Origin: Eubacteriales bacterium
GTDB taxonomy: Bacteria; Bacillota; Clostridia; Oscillospirales; CAG-272
Direction: 5' to 3'
Length of the DNA stretch: 64,000 nt
NCBI GenBank assembly: GCA_045594785.1
Contig: JAZNZE010000038.1
Location: forward strand, 5,784 to 69,783
Positions 57,120 through 64,000 of this stretch are shown here, piece after piece. The translations under genes and the position numbers were made by a program. The notes under the pieces are model-generated. The model worked only from the letters and a program-made list of their open reading frames with translations. It did no database searches and was not told where the DNA came from. How positions within the stretch are numbered: position 1 is the first letter of the stretch; each line of letters starts with the position of its first letter.

Positions 57120-57767
57120 ATGATTGACATAAACACGTTAAAATTTGACGAAAAAGGACTTATTCCCGCAATAGTGGTCGACTCAGTTACAAAAAAGGTT
57201 CTTACTCTTGCGTATATGAACGAAGAGAGTCTTAAGATAACTATGGAAAAAGGACTGACCTGTTTTTTCAGCCGTTCAAGGCAGGAGCTGTGGCTCAAAG
57301 GCGAGACTAGCGGAAACTATCAGCACGTTGTTTCTATCACTGCCGACTGCGATAACGATGCTCTTGTGGTAGTAGTTGAGCCTGACGGTCCCGCATGCCA
57401 TACCGGTGAAGAGACTTGCTTTTTCAACAGAGTATACGAAAGCGATACACTCTCCGAATTTTCACTTGAGGGACTTGTAAAGCTTATCGAAGGCAGAAAA
57501 AAAGAAAAGGTAGAGGGTTCTTACACCACCTATCTTTTTGAAAAAGGACTTGATAAAATTCTTAAAAAGGTCGGAGAGGAATCAACCGAGGTTATAATTG
57601 CTGCAAAAGCAGGCGACAAAAAGGAAACAATTTACGAGATAGCAGACCTTACCTATCATCTGCTTGTTCTTATGATAGAAATGGGTATTTCTATCGGTGA
57701 CATTCACGGTGAGCTTGCGTCAAGACACGTTATTGACAAAAAGGTAAAGCAGGAGAAAATGACCTGA
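57120..57767 (+). CDS. hisI: Bifunctional phosphoribosyl-AMP cyclohydrolase / phosphoribosyl-ATP pyrophosphatase
   Basis: N-terminal HisI (GLIPAIVVD..., CHTGE.SCF) fused to C-terminal HisE ([20 protein letters not shown]). Confidence 0.9.
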   Translation: MIDINTLKFDEKGLIPAIVVDSVTKKVLTLAYMNEESLKITMEKGLTCFFSRSRQELWLKGETSGNYQHVVSITADCDNDALVVVVEPDGPACHTGEETCFFNRVYESDTLSEFSLEGLVKLIEGRKKEKVEGSYTTYLFEKGLDKILKKVGEESTEVIIAAKAGDKKETIYEIADLTYHLLVLMIEMGISIGDIHGELASRHVIDKKVKQEKMT

Positions 57768-58516
57768 TGGGATATATTGACATTCACACCCACACCTGTT
57801 TTTGTGACGGCAAGGATACGCCCGAGGATATGGTTATATCGGCTATAGAAAAAGGGCTGGACACGCTGGGAATTCTTACTCATTCTTACGTAGAATTTGA
57901 CCTCTCTGCCTGCATACCGGAAGCAAAGCAAGAGGAATTTATAAAAGAAGTAAACCGCCTGAAAGAGAAATACAAGGAGAAAATAAAAATTCTGTGCGGA
58001 CTTGAGGTGGACTACTACACAACAAGCCAGATAGAAGGCTACGATTATAAGCTCGGCTCGCTGCACTACTTCAAAATCGGTGATAAATACTATTCGCTTG
58101 ATATCTCTATCCCCGGATTTATAGAAATGGTAGAAAAGGAATTTGGGGGTGACTATCTTGCCGTATGCGAGGAATACTACAGACTTCTCGCTGACGTACC
58201 CAGAAAAACGAAATGTGACGTTATAGCTCACATAGACCTCATTACAAAATTCAACGAAGGTAATAGGCTGTTCGACACGAGCGACCCCAGATACGTAAAG
58301 GCATATAAGACCTGCGTTGATAAGCTCGTCACGTACGAAAAACCTTTTGAGATTAACACCGGTGCAATATCACGCGGATACAGGACAACGCCCTACCCCG
58401 CCCCCGATATTCTTGCATATATAAAAGAAAAAGGCGGAAAAGTGATAATTTCCAGCGATTCGCACTCCAAGGAAAACATTGCATTTCTCTTTGATAAATA
58501 CGAAAGCTTGGTTTAA
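57767..58516 (+). CDS. hisK: Histidinol-phosphatase, PHP family
   Basis: YIDIHTHTCFCDGK PHP motif and C-terminal SSDSHS. Last gene of the his operon. Confidence 0.8.
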   Translation: MGYIDIHTHTCFCDGKDTPEDMVISAIEKGLDTLGILTHSYVEFDLSACIPEAKQEEFIKEVNRLKEKYKEKIKILCGLEVDYYTTSQIEGYDYKLGSLHYFKIGDKYYSLDISIPGFIEMVEKEFGGDYLAVCEEYYRLLADVPRKTKCDVIAHIDLITKFNEGNRLFDTSDPRYVKAYKTCVDKLVTYEKPFEINTGAISRGYRTTPYPAPDILAYIKEKGGKVIISSDSHSKENIAFLFDKYESLV

Positions 58517-58682
58517 ATGCTAAATTAACAATTCTGAATTTAAATGGCTTAAAAAACAGCTTTTGAGGTAGGAGAAATTTTGAAAGACAAAGAATTCCGA
58601 GCGAGAAGCCCGATGGCATAGAATAACTATGTCGAGGGCGACAAGTCGATGGAATTCTGACGTATTTCGAAATTTATACACC

Positions 58683-58743
58683 TCAAAAGAAATAACCCCT
58701 GATTGCTCTGTACCTTTCACCTACATTGCAATCAGGGGTTATT
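58683..58743 (-). terminator. Strong intrinsic terminator read on the minus strand (perfect 16-bp stem)
   Basis: AATAACCCCTGATTGC (58691-58706) pairs with GCAATCAGGGGTTATT (58728-58743). On the minus strand it is followed by TCTTTTGAGG; on the plus strand no U-tract follows. Confidence 0.7.
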
Positions 58744-59035
58744 CTGTTCAGTCTTAGTATCTAACATCTTTTGATTATCCTCGCCTTTCCTTGTCTACCG
58801 CTTTACTCTTCCGCCTTTGCACACATTCATATCTTTTCTTTTACTCTGAAGCGAGCGACCTATATAAGTTGCATAACGTTTTTCAAACGGTGATTCTCAG
58901 ATTTTGACCTTATCCATCACGACTTAAAATTTATGATTTCGTTGATTATATATGTAATGCGTAGCACCGCCGTGTTTTTTTGTTTTAATATTCAGTTTTA
59001 AGTTTTTTCTTTAAGCCGTTATTTAAAGGTCAAGC

Positions 59036-59315
59036 TCACTTTGCCATTGGAGTATACCTACCTTCGCAGAATTTCTGTGGCTGAATCCTTTCAGCCGAAG
59101 AGATTTACTTTCTCATTGGACTGTACCGTTCCTTTTAGATTTGATAACATCAAATTGTCCGCAGCGTGTAATCTCTTTTTGAACCGAACCTCATTTCGTT
59201 CGGTTCCGTCCTACTTTTTCATTGGACTGTACCTTCCTTTACGGGATTTTGAGTTTGAGCCGAACCGCCTTCGACTCACAAGACTACTTTCTCATTGGAG
59301 TGTACCTACCTTTTC
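59036..59315 (-). repeat. Four dispersed ~30-nt repeats, each encoding SD + ATG + 2 codons + stop on the minus strand
   Basis: Mini-ORFs: 59295-59284 ATGAGAAAGTAG, 59222-59211 ATGAAAAAGTAG, 59116-59105 ATGAGAAAGTAA and 59047-59036 ATGGCAAAGTGA. Each is preceded by AAGG(A/T)AGG or AAGGAACGG 9-10 nt upstream. Confidence 0.85.
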
Positions 59316-59390
59316 AGGACTGGTTTTTGACTGTTTGTAAATCCCTTACGTCTTTCCGGGGATTTGTTTTTTCTCTCCCTCTGTGTCTAT

Positions 59391-59419
59391 AGTATAACAT
59401 ATTTTTTCACCAATTGCAA
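59391..59419 (-). promoter_or_regulatory. Near-consensus extended -10 promoter on the minus strand
   Basis: TTGCAA (59419-59414), 17-nt spacer, TGt-TATACT (59396-59391). Confidence 0.65.
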
Positions 59420-59538
59420 TATACATATTGTAACTAATTTACAATTATTTTTTGTGCAAATCATAGAAATTGTGCAAAAAGCTCAAAAAGTTCTTTACAA
59501 ATCAATTCGGTTATGATATACTGGAATTGTGGTTGTGC

Positions 59539-59574
59539 AAAATCGCCGCAGAAAAAGCTTCTGCGGCGATTTTT
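59539..59574. terminator. Bidirectional intrinsic terminator after the PHP-domain gene
   Basis: AAAATCGCCGCAGAA (59539-59553) pairs with TTCTGCGGCGATTTT (59559-59573). Confidence 0.8.
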
Positions 59575-59604
59575 ATGTTTCTTATATTTACTTTACCTTC
59601 TTGA

Positions 59605-61017
59605 TTATATTAAAGACTTTGCGGGAGTAGCATCTACTGAGCTACCTCTGGTACGCGGACCGTTAAGCTGAACTTCGCGCCATCTTTCTTCAAACTCCAT
59701 CATCTCCCGCGTAGGCAGAACCGGAGCTATTCTTCCAAAGAATCTTTCTGTAAAATTATCGGCAAGAGCGGCATATCCGCTGACAAGAGAAGCATCAGCT
59801 TCACCCATCGCGTAGGCTCTCATTGCAACACCTATTCCTGACGCGGCCCGTTTCAAGCGCGGAAAATAGTGGGAAAGAAGGAACTGCGCGTAGGAAACAA
59901 GCCTGAAATCTCCGTAGCATCTATACTGAATGTCGTACTCATATCCGTTTGATTCAACGGCAACGCACATTCCGCGCTTTACCGCGGATATTATGGAGTC
60001 TGCAGTCTTTTCCTCTGCAAAACAAACCGTTTGATTATAGGGGAAATGCTTTGAGCGTTCAAGCGAGTGAGCGTCACTTGAGCCTACAACAGGAATAGCA
60101 TACCCCTTTGCCTTCTCCTCTGACCAAAACGCAACAGAACAGTTGATATCCGGTTGAGTCATCGCTCCCGTTATCTCGTATGCATCAAATAGTCCGCTTT
60201 CAATAAGAAGTCTTGCAAGGCTGACGGGAAGGTTATAAGTCTTCGCTCTTCCCGGTCTCCAGAAGGGGTGTGGAAATATAGCAAGTCCGCCTACGGAATG
60301 AATACTATCTATAGCCCACATAGCCTTGGCATAGCGACTCTTATAATCCTCAGGAATATTCTCGGGGACTTTTTCCATATATTCAGCTATCTCTGCCTCA
60401 TAATTTTCCCTATCGTGAACGTAGCGGTCCGCAACGCTTTCTCTGCCGCCAACGTGAACTATGTGAACGACACTTCCGGGGCTATGAACTTCTTCACCTG
60501 TAATGCGTATAAGACCCGTATTTACACCCTCGTATACCTCGTCTATCTCACCGCCGGGAAAATATCTGTTATGGTCGGTAAGGGCAACAAAATCATAGCC
60601 TTCCTCGCGATAGTGACCCGCCTGAGCAGCAGGGTCTCTCGTTCCGTCAGAACGGCAGCTATGCGAATGAAGGTCGCCCTTAAGAGGACGAAGCCTGTAA
60701 AGGTCCTCAAAGAGAGAGTAGACGGTAAAAGAAGAAACTACCTTTTCATCGTATATAAGCTCTATAAGATGCTCTCCCTCTCCGGAAAATTCAAAATCGA
60801 AGGTAAGAACACCGTCTTTTCCGATAGCTTCAAGCATTTTATAATTATTTGGTGAATAATAGTTCTCGTCCGAGTTAACCGATATGATTTTAAGCGAGAA
60901 TTTCTTTCCTTCAGGAATTATATACGCCCTTTCCGCAGCAGTTACCGTCATAGCGGTTACGGAATTTGCCATAACGACAGAGGGCCATACGGTATAATTT
61001 GTCGGTGCAGGAAGCAT
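59605..61017 (-). CDS. PHP-domain metallohydrolase (CehA/McbA-like) with N-terminal Ig-like region
   Basis: LKGDLHSHSCRSDGT and ALTDHN motifs of the PHP fold, plus later SSDAHS. RBS GAAAGGAAA. Confidence 0.6.
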   Translation of the reverse strand: MLPAPTNYTVWPSVVMANSVTAMTVTAAERAYIIPEGKKFSLKIISVNSDENYYSPNNYKMLEAIGKDGVLTFDFEFSGEGEHLIELIYDEKVVSSFTVYSLFEDLYRLRPLKGDLHSHSCRSDGTRDPAAQAGHYREEGYDFVALTDHNRYFPGGEIDEVYEGVNTGLIRITGEEVHSPGSVVHIVHVGGRESVADRYVHDRENYEAEIAEYMEKVPENIPEDYKSRYAKAMWAIDSIHSVGGLAIFPHPFWRPGRAKTYNLPVSLARLLIESGLFDAYEITGAMTQPDINCSVAFWSEEKAKGYAIPVVGSSDAHSLERSKHFPYNQTVCFAEEKTADSIISAVKRGMCVAVESNGYEYDIQYRCYGDFRLVSYAQFLLSHYFPRLKRAASGIGVAMRAYAMGEADASLVSGYAALADNFTERFFGRIAPVLPTREMMEFEERWREVQLNGPRTRGSSVDATPAKSLI

Positions 61018-61034
61018 TTCGATTTCCTTTCTTT

Positions 61035-62360
61035 TTAAACGTCAAGAGCAGTAAGATGCTCGAAGGTTTCTTTTTTTACAGCAACGTAACTTTTGCCGTC
61101 TTTCAACATAACAACGGGCGGTCTTGTAAGTCTATTATAATTTGAAGACATCGAATAATGATAAGCTCCCGTTGTAAGACAGGCAATAAGGTCTCCTCTT
61201 TTAATATTTTTAGTGAGGGAAACGTTTTCCTGCAGAATATCTCCGCTCTCGCAGCATCTGCCGACAACAGAATAGCTCTCTGCTTCCTCCTCTGAGCTAT
61301 CACGCACGGTAAGAAGGGTGTAGGGCGAGCCGTAAAGAGCAAATCTAGGATTATCAGCCATACCTCCGTCAACCGAAACGTAGGACTTATATCCGGGTAT
61401 TCTCTTTACAGTTCCTACGGTATAAACGGTTGCGCCTGCGTCTGCAACTATGCTTCTGCCCGGTTCAAAGGCGATTGAAGGCAGCTCTATTCCAAGCTCT
61501 TCCGCCTTTTTCTTCATATACTCTGCAACCTCAAAAATATTTGCTCTGATATCAATTTCGGGCTGCTCTGCTATGTATCTTACACCGTATCCACCGCCGA
61601 TATCAAGCTCAGAGGCAAGAAAACCGCTCTTTTTGTAAACTTCAGTTATAAATTCGAGCATTACTTCGGCTGCACGCATATAAACATCGGAATCAAAAAC
61701 CTGCGAGCCTACGTGGCAATGGAAGCCTCTCAGGTCAATGTTTTTAAGTGAGAGTGCAAGAAGAGCTATCTCATTTGCCTGACCGGTTTCAATAGCCGAG
61801 CCGAATTTAGAATCCACCTTACCCGTTGCTACCGCAGCATAAGTATGAGGGTCTATGCCGGGGGTGATACGAAGAAGTATCTTCTGCTTCACCTGAGCCT
61901 CTCTTGCAATAGCGTCTATTGCATAAAGCTCTTCGGAATTATCAACTACAAAATACCCTACCCCCGATTCAATAGCGTATCGGATATCCTCATCGGTTTT
62001 ATTATTTGAATGAAAATAGGCGCGCCCGAGGGGATAGCCTGCCTTAAGAGCAGTATATATCTCACCTGAGGAAACAACGTCTATTCCCATTCCCTCTTCG
62101 TTCATTATTTCATAGAGACGCTTAAAAGACGCCGCCTTTGAAGCGTAGAGAACCTTTCCCTTGCCGGAAAACGCCTCTGCCACCGCATTTACGTACGTAC
62201 GGCAGCGCTCTCTTATTCTCTCCTCGTCATAAAGATAAAGGGGAGTGCCGTATTCCTTTGCAAGAGCTGCAAGAGATACGTTTGCAAGACAGAGCTCGCC
62301 TTCGGCATTTCTTGAAAGATTTTCACATATAAATTCGTTTTTATTTTTTAAAGCTATCAA
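61035..62360 (-). CDS. lysA: Diaminopimelate decarboxylase
   Basis: TTG start after AAGGAG. YASKA (PLP Lys), GGGYGV and CESGD motifs; 441 aa. Confidence 0.9.
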   Translation of the reverse strand: MIALKNKNEFICENLSRNAEGELCLANVSLAALAKEYGTPLYLYDEERIRERCRTYVNAVAEAFSGKGKVLYASKAASFKRLYEIMNEEGMGIDVVSSGEIYTALKAGYPLGRAYFHSNNKTDEDIRYAIESGVGYFVVDNSEELYAIDAIAREAQVKQKILLRITPGIDPHTYAAVATGKVDSKFGSAIETGQANEIALLALSLKNIDLRGFHCHVGSQVFDSDVYMRAAEVMLEFITEVYKKSGFLASELDIGGGYGVRYIAEQPEIDIRANIFEVAEYMKKKAEELGIELPSIAFEPGRSIVADAGATVYTVGTVKRIPGYKSYVSVDGGMADNPRFALYGSPYTLLTVRDSSEEEAESYSVVGRCCESGDILQENVSLTKNIKRGDLIACLTTGAYHYSMSSNYNRLTRPPVVMLKDGKSYVAVKKETFEHLTALDV

Positions 62361-62383
62361 GGTGAAAGCTCCTTTTTATTAAC

Positions 62384-63364
62384 TTAAAGCAGGTGTGCGT
62401 AAAGCTCTTCGCGTGAGCAGATAGAAAGGTCTGCCGGGGCAACGTCAAGCACCGTCTTACAGCCCAAGTCTCCCCTTGCCGACATTCTTACAACTGCTCT
62501 GGCATAGGCTACAAGCACGCTGCCGGTAAATTCCGGGTTTGAATCAAGCTTTAATGAAAACTCAACGGTATGAGTATTTTCACCGGAAAGCCCCGTAACA
62601 CCGTTTCTTATAACCGAGCCGCCGTGAGGCATGCCTGCATGATTTTTTCTAAGCTCTTCGAGAGTTACAAAGGTTACGCTTGTATCGTAATCGGCAAAAT
62701 AATTGGGCATAGACTTGATTTCTTTTTCAATTCTTTCCTTATCTACGCCCTCTTCTGCCACAACGTAGCACTCTCTTCTATGCTTTTCTCTCGTAGTAAG
62801 CTCAGGAGTGCCGCCGCCTCTTACCGCGCTGAGCGCCTCAGGTACGGGAACGGTATATTGCCTTGCATCGATAACGCCATCAATTCTTCTTATGGCATCT
62901 GAATGACCTTGACTGATTCCCCTGCCCCAGAAGGTATAATCCTTGCCCTCAGGAATAGACACAGAGGCGTAGAGCCTTGCAATCGAGAAAAGACCCGGGT
63001 CCCAGCCTGCGCTGATAAGAGCAACCTTGCCCGCCTCGCGAGCAGCCGCGTCAACGGCAGCAAAATGCTCGGGTATTTTCGCGTGAGTGTCAAAGCTATC
63101 AACCACGTTAAAGGCTTTGGCAAGGGCGGGTGTCATTTCCGGCAGGTCCGTGGCGCTGCCGCCACAGATTATCAGAACGTCAATTTCGTTCTTATATTTT
63201 AATAAATCGTTTGCGGAGTAAACCTTTGTTTCCGGGCACTTCGGTGTGAGAGAGCCAGGGTCTCTGCGAGTGAAAATTCCAAAAAGGGTCATATCCGTGT
63301 TATATTTTATTGCCGCTTCGACACCTCTTCCGAGATTGCCGTAGCCGTAAATTGCAACCTTCAT
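62384..63364 (-). CDS. ddh: meso-Diaminopimelate D-dehydrogenase
   Basis: MKVAIYGYGNLGRGVE N-terminus and overall ~326-aa layout resemble Ddh. Start trimmed to 63364 after GAGAGGT. Confidence 0.75.
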   Translation of the reverse strand: MKVAIYGYGNLGRGVEAAIKYNTDMTLFGIFTRRDPGSLTPKCPETKVYSANDLLKYKNEIDVLIICGGSATDLPEMTPALAKAFNVVDSFDTHAKIPEHFAAVDAAAREAGKVALISAGWDPGLFSIARLYASVSIPEGKDYTFWGRGISQGHSDAIRRIDGVIDARQYTVPVPEALSAVRGGGTPELTTREKHRRECYVVAEEGVDKERIEKEIKSMPNYFADYDTSVTFVTLEELRKNHAGMPHGGSVIRNGVTGLSGENTHTVEFSLKLDSNPEFTGSVLVAYARAVVRMSARGDLGCKTVLDVAPADLSICSREELYAHLL

Positions 63365-63380
63365 TACATTACCTCTCAAT

Positions 63381-64000
63381 TCAACGTGCGATGGCTTCGC
63401 TCTTTTTTTCACCGCCGACAATGCTCTTCATATCGTGAATGCCTGCGGGCGCGGCAACGAGATACTGAGCTGCTGCAAGCGCGCCTTCAGCAAAAAGAGC
63501 TCTGCTGTGCGCTTCGTGCTTAATCGTTACAGTCTGATTCTGAGTAGCGAGAATAACCTCGTGCTCACCTACTACGTTACCCATTCTGATAGCGTGTATT
63601 CCTATTTCTTCCTTGGTTCGCTTGCCCTGACCGCTTCTTCCCGTCTTTGCATACGCCTCGGGACGAACCTCGCATAAAGCGTTTGCAAGCATAAGAGCCG
63701 TTCCACTCGGAGCATCAAGCTTACGGTCATGGTGCTTTTCTATAATTTCTATTTCCGCCTCGGGAAGCGCTGCTGCCGCACTCTTTGCAAGCTCAACGAG
63801 AAGAGCCACTCCGAGAGACATATTTGCGCTGAAAAATACAGGGATATATTTTGCCGCATTTTTTATCTCCAGAAGCTCCTCTTCGGTGTGCCCCGTAGTT
63901 GCAACAACCGTTGGAATTTTACGCTCCTGTGCGAAAGTGAGGATAGATTTTACTGCTGTGTGATGCGAAAAGTCAACGATACAGTCAATGGGGGCATCAT
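63381..64000 (-). CDS. dapB: 4-hydroxy-tetrahydrodipicolinate reductase, C-terminal part; 5' end lies outside the window
   Basis: The frame stays open upstream of the ORF-track Met to the window edge. EIIEKHHDRKLDAPSGTA motif (E.HH..K.DAPSGTA) is diagnostic of DapB. Confidence 0.85.
   Translation of the reverse strand, partial: DAPIDCIVDFSHHTAVKSILTFAQERKIPTVVATTGHTEEELLEIKNAAKYIPVFFSANMSLGVALLVELAKSAAAALPEAEIEIIEKHHDRKLDAPSGTALMLANALCEVRPEAYAKTGRSGQGKRTKEEIGIHAIRMGNVVGEHEVILATQNQTVTIKHEAHSRALFAEGALAAAQYLVAAPAGIHDMKSIVGGEKKSEAIAR

Larger units (their letters stand above)
58683..59385 (-). ncRNA. Candidate ~700-nt non-coding RNA with four tandem SD/mini-ORF/hairpin modules; family not recognised
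   Basis: Bounded by the minus-strand promoter at 59391-59419 and the terminator at 58683-58743. No credible ORF on either strand. Four repeats of AAAGGWAGGTACAsTCCAATGArAAAGTAr. One inter-repeat helix carries a G-U pair only if read on the minus strand. Strand and transcription are unverified. Confidence 0.45.

Noticed and set aside
56684-57298. 204-aa minus-strand ORF antisense to hisF/hisI (similar cases at 54510-55028, 57704-58231, 48051-48671, 29719-30345, 43731-44333 and 60268-60855)
   Set aside because: All of these lie inside genes with strong family motifs on the opposite strand, and all lack RBSs. They are typical antisense open frames.
59036-59315. Possible degenerate CRISPR array (four ~30-nt repeats)
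   Set aside because: Repeat spacing is irregular (69, 106 and 74 nt) and the copies differ at several positions. The intervening segments are themselves hairpins, and there are no cas genes or leader in the window. The repeats read better as SD/mini-ORF modules on the minus strand.
59041-59340. 99-aa plus-strand ORF from the ORF track
   Set aside because: It has no RBS and runs straight through the four repeats, so the peptide is just repeated translated motif. The composition is odd. The region is better explained as non-coding.

Overview
Everything here comes from reading the sequence and the ORF track. No database search, folding or GC calculation was run, so product names rest on motif recognition. 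The window looks like a chromosomal segment of a low-to-mid-GC Firmicute, probably Clostridia-like: AGGAGG-type RBSs, TTGACA-17-TATAAT/TATACT promoters, and a short-form hisG with hisZ. Most of it is core metabolism and transport. This includes the pflB 3' end with pflA, and a six-gene minus-strand cluster running from pepF to an FAD oxidoreductase. There are two pairs of heterodimeric ABC exporters and two sugar-utilisation loci (AraC, GPH symporter and GH2; AraC, isomerase and oxidoreductase). A complete his operon (yerC-hisZGDCBHAF-IE-K) and dapB-ddh-lysA are also present. Four regions are not explained by ordinary gene content. (1) 58.68-59.42 kb is a ~700-nt non-coding unit bounded by a promoter and a terminator. 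It carries four tandem SD-ATG-two-codon-stop mini-ORF modules, each followed by a hairpin. I rank this as the most unusual signal. (2) 14.6-19.7 kb is a tRNA-Leu(CAG) integration hot-spot with at least seven nested copies of the tRNA 3' end and a ~165-bp direct repeat flanking 4.5 kb. No integrase is present. The cargo includes a Fic(wHTH)-GIY-YIG two-gene operon with a four-site operator-like array. (3) 14.14-14.28 kb, next to tRNA-Ser, holds a palindromic array of ATATCATCA/TGATGATAT motifs interleaved with small hairpins. (4) 35.2-45.8 kb encodes three consecutive 1000-1200-aa secreted proteins: two LamG/beta-helix paralogs and one coiled-coil protein with an SGNH esterase. In addition, a 24-codon leader ORF plus an intrinsic terminator precedes the first ABC exporter pair, an arrangement resembling bmrB/bmrCD attenuation.
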